The notes under the pieces: model-generated
Databases searched by the model: none
The model's input: the letters and a program-made list of their open reading frames with translations, nothing else
Told to the model about the DNA's origin: nothing
Program-made: the position numbers and the translations under genes
From: an uncultured delta proteobacterium
GTDB lineage: Bacteria; Desulfobacterota; BSN033; UBA1163
DNA length: 64,000 nucleotides
Reading direction: 5' to 3'
Assembly: GCA_963708295.1 (NCBI GenBank)
Contig: CAVPSJ010000012.1
Coordinates: 1-64,000, forward strand
Part shown: positions 31,020 through 41,431 of the stretch, piece by piece
How positions within the stretch are numbered: position 1 is the stretch's first letter
Layout: each line of letters begins with the position of its first letter

Positions 31020-31811
31020 ATGAACACAGTGGTCTGTATCAAAAGGGTCCCGGAAACAGCGGATGCAGATGTTTCCATCGGCAAATCAGGAAAAGATATC
31101 GACAAGAGTGGGCTTGCTTTCGACCTGAATGAGTGGGACAGTTATGCCATTGAAGAAGCCATCTTGCTCAAGGAGAAATTGGGCGGGACGGTGACGGTTC
31201 TAACCATCGGAGGAGATGACTCGAACGAATCCTTGAGAAAATGCCTGGCCATGGGAGCGGATGATGCCATGCGCTTGACGGACCCTGCTTTTGAGGGTTC
31301 CGATGGCTTTGTCACGGCAAAGATTTTGGCAGAGGCGATTCGAAAAATTCCTTATGACCTCATTCTCACAGGCACCCAAGCCGAAGACGATGGCTATGGA
31401 CAAGTGGGAGTCGTCGTGGCCGAATTGCTCGGAATCCCCCATGCCGCCGTCGTCAATCGCCTCGAAATCCAAGGCAAGAAGGCGAACGTTCATCGGGAAC
31501 TGGAGGGAGGATTGGAGGAAGTCTATGAAATCGACCTCCCTGCAGCCTTTACGATCCAGACGGGAATCAATGAACCCCGGTATGTCTCCATCATGGGCAT
31601 TCGAAAGGTCGCCAAGAAAGAGATTAAAACCCTCGGCACGTCCGACCTCAATCTGAAGCCTGAAGAGGTCGGCCTCTCTGCCTCGAATATCCAATTGGAA
31701 AAAGTCTTCCTTCCTCTGGCAGGTGAAGGGGCGCAGATCTTGGACGGAAAGCCCGAAGAGATCGCATCGAAGGTCTTCGATATTCTAAAAGACAAAGGAG
31801 GGCTCACCTGA
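31020..31811 (+). CDS. etfB: Electron transfer flavoprotein beta subunit
   Basis: VCIKRVP, AMGAD, INEPRY. Confidence 0.94.
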   Translation: MNTVVCIKRVPETADADVSIGKSGKDIDKSGLAFDLNEWDSYAIEEAILLKEKLGGTVTVLTIGGDDSNESLRKCLAMGADDAMRLTDPAFEGSDGFVTAKILAEAIRKIPYDLILTGTQAEDDGYGQVGVVVAELLGIPHAAVVNRLEIQGKKANVHRELEGGLEEVYEIDLPAAFTIQTGINEPRYVSIMGIRKVAKKEIKTLGTSDLNLKPEEVGLSASNIQLEKVFLPLAGEGAQILDGKPEEIASKVFDILKDKGGLT

Positions 31812-32792
31812 TGAAAGAGATCATCGTCCTGGCAGAACATCGACGGGGAGAATTAAGAGATGTGACATGGGAGATGCTCTCCAAAGGAAGGCAGTTAGCA
31901 GAGAGCATCGGTGCAGAGATCGGGGTTGCCCTTCTGGGCAAGGAAGGTAGCCCCTTAGCCGAAGCCCTTAAGCCCAAGGCACACAGGGTTTTTCTCGTCG
32001 AGGATCCACGCCTCGAAGCTTATAACTCAGAGACTTACGAGAGAGTTCTCACCCAACTGATCACCGAGAGACAAGCCGGTCCTCACCCTGATCGGCCATA
32101 CAGCCATGGGCATGGACTTTGCTCCCGGTCTGGCTGCTCATTTGAAGATGCCCCTGGCGACGGATTGCATTGGAATCGATGCGGCAGGAGAGGCCTTTTC
32201 CATGACCCGCCAACTCTATGGTGGGAAAGTCAATGCCACCGTCTCTTTTTTGAAGAAGGGACCTTACATGGTGACCGTTCGCTCGGGAGCTTTTCCCGTC
32301 GTAGAAAAAGGGGCGCTTCCGGGTGAAATGGTGAAGCTCCCTTCCCCTTTGACCGATGAAGGTCTGGCCAAACGGTTTCTCCAGTACGTGGAAGCCGCTG
32401 TGGGCGAAGTGGACATCACCCAGGCGGATATTCTGGTTTCTGTAGGAAGAGGAATCAAGGAAGCTACAAACATCCCGATGGTGAAGGAATTTGCGGATGC
32501 CATCGGGGCGACCCTTTCCTGCTCCAGGCCTGTGGTCGATAAAAAGTGGTTACCCAAGGATCGCCAGGTCGGGACTTCCGGCAAAACAGTTAAACCGAAG
32601 GTTTACGTTGCCATTGGGATCAGCGGGGCTTTTCAGCACATTGCAGGGATGAAAGGTGCGGGGACCGTGATCGCTATCAATAAGGATCCGAAAGCCCCTA
32701 TTTTCGGCGTGGCTACCTACGGAATTGTGGCGGATTTATTCAAAATCGTTCCGGTCCTAAAGGAAAAGGTCAAGGAACTCAGAAAGAGTTGA
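31811..32792 (+). CDS. etfA: Electron transfer flavoprotein alpha subunit (+1 frameshift near 32072)
   Basis: N-terminal AEHRRG, C-terminal VGRG, SRPVVD, QVGTSGK, GISGAFQH, INKDP. Removing one base at ~32072 restores ...ERKPVLTLIGHTAMG. Confidence 0.9.
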
Positions 32793-32926
32793 GAATGATG
32801 AATGATAAGTTATGAGTTGTGGATCATCCATGAAGCGTTCGGAGTTGACCGTTCCGAGTCAATACCTAACGGTACCTAATTCTTGACAAGATTTTCTCCG
32901 AACCCCGGACTCATGACTCCGAACTG
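32793..32926. repeat. Degenerate inverted heptamer cassette, family D (TGAGTTR / YAACTC)
   Basis: GAATGAT GAATGAT AAGTTAT GAGTTGT ... CCGAACC CCGGACT CATGACT CCGAACT. Confidence 0.55.
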
Positions 32927-32940
32927 AGGTTGGACAAAAG

Positions 32941-34095
32941 ATGGATTTTGAACTGACACAGGAGCAGAAGGATATTCAGAAGGCGGCCCGGGAGTTCATC
33001 CAGGGAGAATACGATAAGGAAAAGATTCTGGAATGGGAGCAGACGCACACCTATCCCAGGGAGATCTGGAAGAAAGCGGCCAAGCTGGGGTTTATCGGGA
33101 TTCACTACCCGGAGGAATACGGCGGACAGGGCTATGGCGTTTTCGAAAATATCCTCATCGTTGAGGAGTTCTGCCGGAAAGATTCCGGGGTGGGCGTGGC
33201 CTTGAGCCTGGCTGATTTTTCATCCGAAGTTGTTCTTCGTTTCGGGACACACGAGCAGAAAAAGAAATACCTTCTCCCGGTCGCCCGGGGAGAATTCATC
33301 TCAGGAGGCGCCTATACGGAGCCGGATCACGGAAGCGATATTACTCTCCTGGCGACCACAGCCTTAAGGCAAGGAGACTCCTTTGTCATCAACGGGACCA
33401 AGACATTTATTACCAACGGAAGCCTTGCAGACTTCTTTGTCGTCCTGTGTCAAACGGATCCGGGCGCAAAACCTCCTTACCGAGGCCAGTGTACCCTCAT
33501 GGTCGATAAAGGGACAAAAGGCTTAGAGGCCACGGAGATCACCCCTAAGATGGGCATTCGAATGACCTCGACCGCTGAACTCTCCTTCAGCGATGTCCGG
33601 GTCCCTTTGTCCCACCTTCTCGGCGAAGAGAATAAGGGATTCTATCAGGTTCTCGAATTTTTCGATGAAAGCCGGATCGAAATTGCCGCCCAGGCTCTTG
33701 GAATCGCCCAGGGAGCTTTTGATCGGGCCCTGGACTATGCGAAACAGAGGGAACAGTTTGGGAAAAAATTGGTGGACTTCCAAATCACCCAGCACAAATT
33801 GGCCGATATGGCCACAAAGATTGAGATGGCAAGACTGGTCACCTATAAGGCAGCATGGAACTATGACCAGAAGAGAATCGATCCAAAACTGACCTCCATG
33901 GCAAAAATGTTGGCAGCGAAAACGGCGGTGGAGGTGGCGGATGAAGCGATCCAGATTTTGGGAGGCTACGGGTACATCACCGAATACGAAGTCGAGCGGT
34001 TCTATCGGGATGCCAAGATCACTGAAATTTACGAAGGGACAAAAGAGATACAGAAGAATACCATTGCTTCGGCATTGATTGGGAAGCTGAAATAG
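32941..34095 (+). CDS. Acyl-CoA dehydrogenase
   Basis: TEPDHGSD, INGTKTFITNG, LGGYGY, YEGTKEIQ. Confidence 0.95.
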   Translation: MDFELTQEQKDIQKAAREFIQGEYDKEKILEWEQTHTYPREIWKKAAKLGFIGIHYPEEYGGQGYGVFENILIVEEFCRKDSGVGVALSLADFSSEVVLRFGTHEQKKKYLLPVARGEFISGGAYTEPDHGSDITLLATTALRQGDSFVINGTKTFITNGSLADFFVVLCQTDPGAKPPYRGQCTLMVDKGTKGLEATEITPKMGIRMTSTAELSFSDVRVPLSHLLGEENKGFYQVLEFFDESRIEIAAQALGIAQGAFDRALDYAKQREQFGKKLVDFQITQHKLADMATKIEMARLVTYKAAWNYDQKRIDPKLTSMAKMLAAKTAVEVADEAIQILGGYGYITEYEVERFYRDAKITEIYEGTKEIQKNTIASALIGKLK

Positions 34096-34101
34096 TACCA
34101 C

Positions 34102-34171
34102 TTGGAATATTGGAGTACTGGAGTAATGGAGTGTTGGGTTAACCCATCATTCCAATACTCCATTACTCCAT
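34102..34171. repeat. Inverted octamer cassette, family C, near loop-less hairpin
   Basis: TGGAATAT TGGAGTAC TGGAGTAA TGGAGTGT TGGGTT|AACCCA TCATTCCA ATACTCCA TTACTCCA. Confidence 0.88.
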
Positions 34172-34204
34172 TGGATGGATGATAGCACTGAGGAAGAATA
34201 ACGG

Positions 34205-36436
34205 ATGGAAAAATTGGAAGAGGTGGTCCCTGAAGCTTTAGTGATCGGCGCAGGCATTGCCGGGATGCAGACGGCCCTGGACATCGCCGACAAGGGGTTT
34301 AGAGTCCACTTGGTGGAGAAGGAAACTTGCATCGGGGGCCACATGGCCCAACTGGATAAAACCTTCCCGACCCTGGATTGTTCTGCCTGCATCAGCACGC
34401 CGAAGATGGTCGATACGGCGAATCATCCCAACATTGACCTTCTGACCTACTCCGAGATCGTTGGGGTTGAGGGAAAGCCCGGGCATTTCAAGGTAACGGT
34501 CAGGAAGAAACCTCGTTTTGTCGATGTGGCCAAATGCACGGGCTGCGGCGACTGTGCAGCCCAGTGCCCCGTCACCCTCCTCAATGAATTCGATATGGGA
34601 TTAGGGAAAAGGAAAGCCATTTACATCTCTTTCCCCCAGGCTGTTCCGCTCAAATATACGATGGACCGCCGGGGAACCTCCCCTTGCACGACCACCTGTC
34701 CCCTCCACTGCAATGCCCAGGGCTATGTGGCTCTCATCTCCCAGGGCAAGTTTAAGGAAGCCCTTCAACTGGTGCGCGAAAGGCTCCCCTTTCCCGGAAT
34801 TTTGGCCTATGCCTGTGCTCACCCCTGCGAGAGGGAGTGCAAGCGAATCGAGACGGATCATCCCGTCTCGATTTGCCGTCTTAAGAGATTCCTTGTCGAT
34901 CACGTAGAAGAACCCGAGTTTGAATTTACGATTCCCGAAGAGAAAGAGAAAAAGATTGCGATCGTGGGCGGAGGGCCCTCGGGACTCACCGCCGCATACG
35001 ACCTGAGAAGAATGGGCTACCGCGTTACTCTTTTTGAGTCCAAGAACGAGCTGGGCGGTCTCCTCACCCACGGTTTCCCCTCCTATCGTCTTCCGAGGAA
35101 GGTCGTGGAAAGGGATCTCGCGGTCATCGATAAAATGGGAATAGAGGTGAAGTGCAACACCCGGGTGGGAAAAGACGTCTCCCCGGAGACGCTCCGGCAA
35201 TCTTATGACGCGATCTTTATCGCGGGTGGCATCACCGGAGCAGAATCGATCCTGAACACTTTCAAAGGCCTGAAGAGGACAAGAAGAGGAACGATTCAGG
35301 TCCATCCCATTTCCCTGGAAACGGACGTCGAGGGAATCTTCGCGGGCGGGGATATGGTGACCGGTCCCGGGACCATAATCGAATCGATGGCCCATGGAAG
35401 AAAGGCAGCCCTGTCGATCGATCGATACCTTCGCGGGGAAGACCTGCTTCAAGGAAGGGAATCCGAGGGGACACAAATCTCCCCTTTGAGAAGCCTTCTC
35501 CCTTATTCAAAGAGGATGGACCGAGAAGTTCTGCCCGACATGGTGAAACCCCTCGTCGCCAGCCTCACCGCGGAAGAGGCGATGGAGGAGGCAAGGCGTT
35601 GTCTCAATTGTGCAGGGTGCTCGGATTGCGGAGAATGTGCCAAGGCCTGTCAACCCAAGGCCGTCAACTACGGGATGAAAGAAGAGATCGTTGAATTTCA
35701 CGTGGGATCCATCGTCCTCGCCACCGGGTTCGATCCTTTTAATCCGAAGCTGAAACCCGAATTCGGCTACGGAATCTATCCCAATGTCCTCCATGGTCTT
35801 GAAATCGAGCGTCTCTGTTCCGCCTCCGGTCCAACCAAAGGTGAGATTATCATCCAGGGGATGAAACCCAAAGAGGTGGTTTTTATTCATTGCGTCGGGT
35901 CGAGGGATAAATCGGCCGGCAACGAATACTGTTCGAGAGTGTGCTGCATGTATACGGCGAAGCAAGCCCATCTCCTCAGGGATAAGATTCCCGATGCGAA
36001 AATCACCGTCCTCTACATGGATGTGAGGGCCTTTGGAAAAGGATTTGAGGAATTCTACGAGCGGGTCCAAAAAGAGAGGATCGTTTACCGAAGAGGAAAT
36101 CCCTCCGAGGTCTATCGAAGAAACGGAAAACTGGTCGTCCGGGCTGAGGACACTCTCTTGGGGGAGCCTTTTGAATTAGAAGCGGACCTGGTCGTCTTGG
36201 CCTCCGGGCTCGTCCCCCGAAGGGAAGAAGATCTTATGAAGAACATGCTGGGACTGGAGAACTCTGCTGACAAGTTCTATGCAGAGGCGCCTGGCCTCGA
36301 TCCGATCATGACCAAAAAGGAAGGGATCTTTCTCGCGGGATGCTGCCAGGGCCCTAAAGACATCCCGGATACCGTGGCCCAGGCGAGTGGTGCAGCTTCT
36401 TTGGCCTGCGCGATTTTAGCCAGAGGGAAAAAATAA
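34205..36436 (+). CDS. hdrA: HdrA-like (HdrL-type) flavoprotein with a GltD-like insertion; lacks the N-terminal HdrA domain and the C-terminal ferredoxin
   Basis: IGAGIAG, LDKTFPTLDCSAC, CVGSRD..YCSRVCC, GPKDIP. Insertion SPCTTTCP...GGGPSG. Confidence 0.88.
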   Translation: MEKLEEVVPEALVIGAGIAGMQTALDIADKGFRVHLVEKETCIGGHMAQLDKTFPTLDCSACISTPKMVDTANHPNIDLLTYSEIVGVEGKPGHFKVTVRKKPRFVDVAKCTGCGDCAAQCPVTLLNEFDMGLGKRKAIYISFPQAVPLKYTMDRRGTSPCTTTCPLHCNAQGYVALISQGKFKEALQLVRERLPFPGILAYACAHPCERECKRIETDHPVSICRLKRFLVDHVEEPEFEFTIPEEKEKKIAIVGGGPSGLTAAYDLRRMGYRVTLFESKNELGGLLTHGFPSYRLPRKVVERDLAVIDKMGIEVKCNTRVGKDVSPETLRQSYDAIFIAGGITGAESILNTFKGLKRTRRGTIQVHPISLETDVEGIFAGGDMVTGPGTIIESMAHGRKAALSIDRYLRGEDLLQGRESEGTQISPLRSLLPYSKRMDREVLPDMVKPLVASLTAEEAMEEARRCLNCAGCSDCGECAKACQPKAVNYGMKEEIVEFHVGSIVLATGFDPFNPKLKPEFGYGIYPNVLHGLEIERLCSASGPTKGEIIIQGMKPKEVVFIHCVGSRDKSAGNEYCSRVCCMYTAKQAHLLRDKIPDAKITVLYMDVRAFGKGFEEFYERVQKERIVYRRGNPSEVYRRNGKLVVRAEDTLLGEPFELEADLVVLASGLVPRREEDLMKNMLGLENSADKFYAEAPGLDPIMTKKEGIFLAGCCQGPKDIPDTVAQASGAASLACAILARGKK

Positions 36437-36530
36437 ATGGAGGAATGGAGTAACGGAGTACTGGGTGACAAAACCTGTTCATCTTCAATTCCTTTCAAAA
36501 CCCGTCACTCCAATACTCCATCACTCCGGT
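36437..36530. repeat. Inverted octamer cassette, family C
   Basis: ATGGAGGA ATGGAGTA ACGGAGTA CTGGG ... CCCG TCACTCCA ATACTCCA TCACTCC. Confidence 0.82.
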
Positions 36531-36547
36531 AATCCAGTATTGGTGGT

Positions 36548-38485
36548 ATGATGAAGATCGGCGTTTTCATCTGTCATTGCGGAATTAACATTGCGGCCAC
36601 GGTCGATGTCGAGAAGGTGACGGCATTCGCCAAAACCCTTCCCCATGTTGCCATCGCTCGAAATTACCAGTACATGTGTTCCGATCCGGGCCAGGACTTG
36701 ATTAAAAACGATATCAGAAGCAACGGCATCGACCGGGTTGTCGTGGCTGCTTGCTCTCCTCGAATGCACGAACCGACTTACCGTAAGGCCGTTCACTCCG
36801 CAGGGCTCAATCCCTATTTTTTTGAAATGTCCAACATCCGGGAGCAGTGTTCCTGGGTCCATTCGAACAGAGAGGATGCCACGAAGAAAGCGATGGATCT
36901 GATCGCTGCCGCCGTTGCCAAAGTCTCCCTTCATGAAGCCTTGGACGAAAAGGAAGTGGGAGTCACTCCTTCTGTGTTAGTGATCGGGGGCGGCATTGCC
37001 GGCATTCAGGCCAGCCTCGACATCGCCCGTTCAGGTTTTGAAGTCTACCTGGTAGAGAAATCACCTACCCTGGGAGGCCATCTGGGTCAACTGGATCGAA
37101 CCTTCCCAAATCTGGAAGAGACCTCCAATCTTCTGTCTCCGAAACTCGAAGAAGTTGGAAGCCACCCCCTCATTCACATCCTCACCCAAAGCGAGGCCCA
37201 AGAAGTGGAAGGCTTTATCGGTAATTTTAAGGTCAGGGTGAGGCAGAATCCAAGATATATCAACCCAGAGAAATGCACGCGCTGTCGGAAATGTGAAGAG
37301 GTCTGTCCTGTCAGGGTTCCGAGTGAATTCAATATGGGACTGACGAAGCGGCCGGCCATTTATCTTCCCTCCCCTCACGCGGTCCCCTTCTCTTATACCA
37401 TCGACTCGGAAAACTGTCTTTTTCTCCGCAAAGGGGAATGCGGCAGGTGTCGGGAGGCTTGCCCGGAGGGAGCGGTTGAGTTCGAACAGGTAGGCGTAGA
37501 ACGCCAGTTCGATATTGGGACGATCATTGTCGCCACGGGTTATGATCCCTTCGACGCAACGCAGAAGCCCGAGTTTGGCTACGGACGTTACAAGAACGTC
37601 CTGACCGGGCTGGAGTTCGAAAGGCTGCTCTCGGGGAGCGGACCCACCGAAGGGAAAATTCAAATCAACGGCAAGGAGCCCAAGAGCATCGTATTCATCC
37701 AGTGCGTAGGGTCGAGAGATAAAACGGTGGGGAATGAATATTGCTCGAGAGTCTGTTGCATGTTTACAGCCAAACAAGCCTCCCTCGTCAAGGAAAAGAT
37801 CCCCGATGCCCGGATCACCGTATGCTACATCGACATCCGGGCCTTTGGAAAAGGCTGTGAACAATTCTATGAGCAGGTCCAGAAAAAAGGCGTCTTTTAC
37901 CGGAAGGGAATCCCTTCCGAGATCTATCAACGGTCCGGGAAATTGATCGTCAAAGCAGACGACGAACTCCTGGGGGAGCCCTACGAGGAAGAGGCCGACC
38001 TGGTTGTATTGGCGACGGGCCTCACACAGCGAAAAGATTCCAACCTCGTCCGCAGCCTCCTCAAACTCTCCCAAAGCCCGGATCGTTTCTATCTGGAAGC
38101 CCATCCCAAGTTGCGCCCCCTCGACACGGCTACGGATGGGATCTTTCTGGCTGGAACTTGCCAGGGGCCAAAAGATATTTCCGATACCCTGTCCCAGGCC
38201 CACGGAACGGCCTCTCGGGCAACCACCCCCCTCTTCGCGGGAAGGGTCAAGATCGAGCCGATCACCTCAGTGGTAGACATCTCCTTCTGTGCCGGTTGCG
38301 GTCTCTGTGAACACATCTGTGAATTCAGAGCCCTGAAGATCGATCCCTACCGAAAGGTGATGACCGTTAACGAAGCCCTCTGCAAGGGATGTGGGGCCTG
38401 CAACGCTGCGTGCCCCTCGGGTGCCATCAGCCTGAGACACTTCAAGACCGAACAGATTATCGCGCAGGTCAGAGAGGTGTGTTAG
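36548..38485 (+). CDS. hdrA: HdrA-like FAD/Fe-S protein
   Basis: VFICHCG, AACSPRMHE, NIREQCSWVH, IGGGIAG, CVGSRD..YCSRVCC, EAHPKLRP, C-terminal ferredoxin. Confidence 0.92.
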   Translation: MMKIGVFICHCGINIAATVDVEKVTAFAKTLPHVAIARNYQYMCSDPGQDLIKNDIRSNGIDRVVVAACSPRMHEPTYRKAVHSAGLNPYFFEMSNIREQCSWVHSNREDATKKAMDLIAAAVAKVSLHEALDEKEVGVTPSVLVIGGGIAGIQASLDIARSGFEVYLVEKSPTLGGHLGQLDRTFPNLEETSNLLSPKLEEVGSHPLIHILTQSEAQEVEGFIGNFKVRVRQNPRYINPEKCTRCRKCEEVCPVRVPSEFNMGLTKRPAIYLPSPHAVPFSYTIDSENCLFLRKGECGRCREACPEGAVEFEQVGVERQFDIGTIIVATGYDPFDATQKPEFGYGRYKNVLTGLEFERLLSGSGPTEGKIQINGKEPKSIVFIQCVGSRDKTVGNEYCSRVCCMFTAKQASLVKEKIPDARITVCYIDIRAFGKGCEQFYEQVQKKGVFYRKGIPSEIYQRSGKLIVKADDELLGEPYEEEADLVVLATGLTQRKDSNLVRSLLKLSQSPDRFYLEAHPKLRPLDTATDGIFLAGTCQGPKDISDTLSQAHGTASRATTPLFAGRVKIEPITSVVDISFCAGCGLCEHICEFRALKIDPYRKVMTVNEALCKGCGACNAACPSGAISLRHFKTEQIIAQVREVC

Positions 38486-38495
38486 ATCGGGTCTG

Positions 38496-38524
38496 GTAGG
38501 GAACGGTTTGAAACCGCTCCCTAC
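38496..38524. repeat. GTAG-family REP-like palindrome
   Basis: GTAGGGAACGGTTTGAAACCGCTCCCTAC, followed by heptamer remnants GAGTTGG GAGTTCG GAGTT ... CAATCCG CAATCTG AAATCTG AAAT. Confidence 0.7.
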
Positions 38525-38579
38525 AGAGTTGGGAGTTCGGAGTTCCACATTTTTTTCAATCCGCAATCTGAAATCTGAA

Positions 38580-39104
38580 ATGGAAAAGGGTCTGATCCAG
38601 GTCTATACGGGAAACGGAAAGGGAAAGACAACGGCTGCGCTGGGCCTTGCCCTCAGGGCCGTCGGCCATGGATTGCAGGTCCTCGTCATTCAATTTATGA
38701 AAGGAAACATCAATTACGGGGAAGTGGAATCCTCGAAAAAGCTCTCTCCCGACCTGACGATCATACAGTCGGGCCGGGAGACGTTCGTCTCAAAAACGAA
38801 CCCGGATCCGGTGGACATCCGATGGGCTCAGGACGGGTTTGATTTTGCGAAAAAGGCGATGGCCGATGAGGCCTACGACATCGTCATCCTCGACGAAATC
38901 ATTGTCGCCGTAGATTACGGCTTGATCCCTCTCTCCGATCTCCTTCAACTTCTCGATACCAAACCCAAGGGTGTTGAGCTTATTCTCACGGGAAGGAATG
39001 CCAGGCCTGAAATATTGGAAAAGGCGGATTTGGTTACCGAAATGGTGGAACAAAAACACTACTACCGGAACGGCGTCTCAGCTCGCGAAGGCGTAGAAGT
39101 TTGA
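38580..39104 (+). CDS. cobO: Cob(I)alamin adenosyltransferase (CobO/BtuR)
   Basis: VYTGNGKGKTTAALG, QFMKG, ILDE, LTGR, ADLVTEM. Confidence 0.94.
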   Translation: MEKGLIQVYTGNGKGKTTAALGLALRAVGHGLQVLVIQFMKGNINYGEVESSKKLSPDLTIIQSGRETFVSKTNPDPVDIRWAQDGFDFAKKAMADEAYDIVILDEIIVAVDYGLIPLSDLLQLLDTKPKGVELILTGRNARPEILEKADLVTEMVEQKHYYRNGVSAREGVEV

Positions 39105-39216
39105 ATTCGTGTGAGTGATTCGTGAAGGGTGATTCGCAACAAGAAAATAAGAAGAATTCAAGATAAAGAATAAGCACCAAAAAAAGAGGAATGACGATTT
39201 ACGAATTACCGTCACG
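39105..39216. repeat. Degenerate inverted cassette (ATTCGTG / CACGAAT type)
   Basis: ATTCGTGTGAGTG ATTCGTGAAGGGTG ATTCGC ... TTACGAATTACCGTCACGAA. Confidence 0.55.
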
Positions 39217-39228
39217 AAGGGGCACCCC

Positions 39229-40902
39229 ATGCTCAAAGAGGACAAGCTGAAAGACATCGAGCAGGAAAAGAAAAGGTGGCTGCAGGATCTGGCAGAAATC
39301 CTCCGAGAGACCCCTGAACGCCTCCCGCGATTTAGCACGATCTCTGATCTTGAGATCAAAAACCTTTACACTCCGGAAGACCTGAAAGAAATTGACTATA
39401 TCAGTGACATCGGCTTTCCGGGCGTCTATCCTTTCACACGGGGGGTTCAGCCCTCCATGTATCGAGGAAGGCTCTGGACCATGCGAATGTTTTCAGGATT
39501 AGGTGGCCCGGAGGAAACGAATAGCCGCTTCCGCTATCTCCTGTCTCAGGGAGAAACGGGCCTTTCCGTCGCCTTCCACTATCCGACGCTGATGGGATAT
39601 GACAGCGATTCCCCGATGTCAAAGGGGGAGATCGGGAAGTGTGGCGTGGCTGTCGACACATTAAAGGACATGGAGATTCTCTTTGAAGGAATTCCCTTGG
39701 GCAAAGTGACCACTTCCATGACGATCAATCCGCCTGCTTCAATCTTGCTGGCGATGTACATTGTCGTGGCGGAGAAACAGGGTGTGAGCAGAAGGGAAAT
39801 CGGAGGGACCATTCAAAATGACATGCTGAAGGAATTTATCGCCCAGAAAACCTTCATGCTGCCGCCGAAGCCATCCATCCGAATCATTGTCGATACCATT
39901 GAATTTTGCACCCGGGAAGTCCCCCGTTGGAACACGATCAGCATCAGCGGCTATCATATCCGTGAGGCCGGCGCCACCGCCGTTCAGGAACTCGCCTTCA
40001 CTCTGGCCGATGGGATTGCCTATGTCGCGGCCGCCTTGGAGAGAGGTTTGGAGGTGGATGATTTTGCCCCGCGGCTCTCTTTTTTCTTCGATTCTCATAT
40101 TGATTTCTTTGAAGAGATCGCCAAGTTCAGGGCCGCTCGAAGAATGTGGTCGAAGATCATGCGCGAGCGTTTCATGGCGAAGAACCCCCGTTCCTGGATG
40201 CTTCGCTTCCACACCCAAACGGCGGGCTGTTCCTTGACGGCGCAGCAGCCTTTTAACAACGTCGTCCGCACCGCCTCCGAGGCGATGGCAGCCGTCCTGG
40301 GGGGAACCCAGTCTCTTCACACCAATTCACTCGACGAAACCTATGCGATCCCCACCGAGGAAGCGGTCACGATCGCATTGCGGACACAACAGATCCTCGC
40401 AGAAGAAACCGGCGTGGCCAATACGATTGATCCTATGGCGGGGTCCTATTTTGTCGAAACCCTCACTTCCCAGATGGAGCAACAGGCCTGGGAATATATC
40501 CGTCGGATTGATGAAATGGGAGGAATGGTCACAGCGGTTGAGCGAGGTTTTCCCCAGGCAGAAATCGCCGATTCAGCCTATAAGTTTCAGAAACAGATTG
40601 ACTCCGGCGAAAAGGTCATGGTGGGTGTCAATAAACATGCGACAGACCATCCCCCCATCACGATTTGGAGAATGGATCCTGCGGTTGAAGAAAGACAGCT
40701 GGCAAGGCTCCGTCGGGTGAAACGGGATCGGGACAATCAAAAAGTGAAAGGACTCCTCCATCAGATTCTGACTGCTTCCAAGAATGGTGAAAATCTCATG
40801 CCCCATATCATCAACGCTGTCAGGGAATATGCCACGATTCAAGAAATCTGTGACGTGTGGCGGGATGTCTTTGGGAGATACACAGACCCGGGATATTTTT
40901 AA
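39229..40902 (+). CDS. icmA: B12-dependent acyl-CoA mutase large subunit, isobutyryl-CoA-mutase-like (IcmA)
   Basis: WTMRMFSG (Phe at the MCM Tyr89 position), KEFIAQK (Gln at the MCM Arg207 position), [20 protein letters not shown]. Confidence 0.8.
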   Translation: MLKEDKLKDIEQEKKRWLQDLAEILRETPERLPRFSTISDLEIKNLYTPEDLKEIDYISDIGFPGVYPFTRGVQPSMYRGRLWTMRMFSGLGGPEETNSRFRYLLSQGETGLSVAFHYPTLMGYDSDSPMSKGEIGKCGVAVDTLKDMEILFEGIPLGKVTTSMTINPPASILLAMYIVVAEKQGVSRREIGGTIQNDMLKEFIAQKTFMLPPKPSIRIIVDTIEFCTREVPRWNTISISGYHIREAGATAVQELAFTLADGIAYVAAALERGLEVDDFAPRLSFFFDSHIDFFEEIAKFRAARRMWSKIMRERFMAKNPRSWMLRFHTQTAGCSLTAQQPFNNVVRTASEAMAAVLGGTQSLHTNSLDETYAIPTEEAVTIALRTQQILAEETGVANTIDPMAGSYFVETLTSQMEQQAWEYIRRIDEMGGMVTAVERGFPQAEIADSAYKFQKQIDSGEKVMVGVNKHATDHPPITIWRMDPAVEERQLARLRRVKRDRDNQKVKGLLHQILTASKNGENLMPHIINAVREYATIQEICDVWRDVFGRYTDPGYF

Positions 40903-40995
40903 TTCGGAATGCAGAGTGCGGATTGCGGAATAAAACTCTTGAAATCTTAAATTTGAAGTTTTTGGTTTACCTTCCGAATTCCGCACCCCGAATTC
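40903..40995. repeat. Inverted heptamer cassette, family E (GAATGCG/GATTGCG ... TTCCGCA)
   Basis: GGAATGC AGAGTGC GGATTGC GGAAT ... TTCCGAA TTCCGCA CCCCGAA TT. The same left arm recurs at 41432-41460. Confidence 0.75.
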
Positions 40996-41023
40996 AAAAC
41001 TCGAGGACGGCAGGGGAGAAAGA

Positions 41024-41431
41024 ATGAGTCCGGAGCGAAAGGTTCGAATTCTTATTGCGAAACCCGGTCTGGACGGACACGATCGGGGGGCAAAAGTGAT
41101 TGCAAGGGGATTCAGAGACGCCGGCTTTGAAGTGATCTATACCGGGCTTCATCAGACGCCGGAACAGATTGTTGCGGCTGCGGTCCAAGAAGACGTAGAT
41201 GCCATCGGACTCTCCAGCCTCGCCGGGGCCCATGATTATCTCTTCCCGAGAGTGATTGAACTCCTCAAGGAAAAAGGAGCGGACGATATCATCGTCTTTG
41301 GAGGGGGAATTATTCCTGAAGAGGATCTCTCTTCCCTCACTCAAGCGGGAGTGAAAGGGGTTTTTACTCCTGGAACGTCCATTGAAGAAGCCGTCAGGTG
41401 GGTTCGGGAGAATATCAAACCCCGGAAGTAG
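41024..41431 (+). CDS. B12-binding small subunit of acyl-CoA mutase (IcmB-like)
   Basis: [28 protein letters not shown]. Confidence 0.93.
   Translation: MSPERKVRILIAKPGLDGHDRGAKVIARGFRDAGFEVIYTGLHQTPEQIVAAAVQEDVDAIGLSSLAGAHDYLFPRVIELLKEKGADDIIVFGGGIIPEEDLSSLTQAGVKGVFTPGTSIEEAVRWVRENIKPRK

Noticed and set aside
34205-38485. Methanogenesis-type heterodisulfide reductase or Sec-containing HdrA
   Set aside because: No hdrB/hdrC/mvhD in the cluster, and the DCSAC position is encoded by Cys codons.
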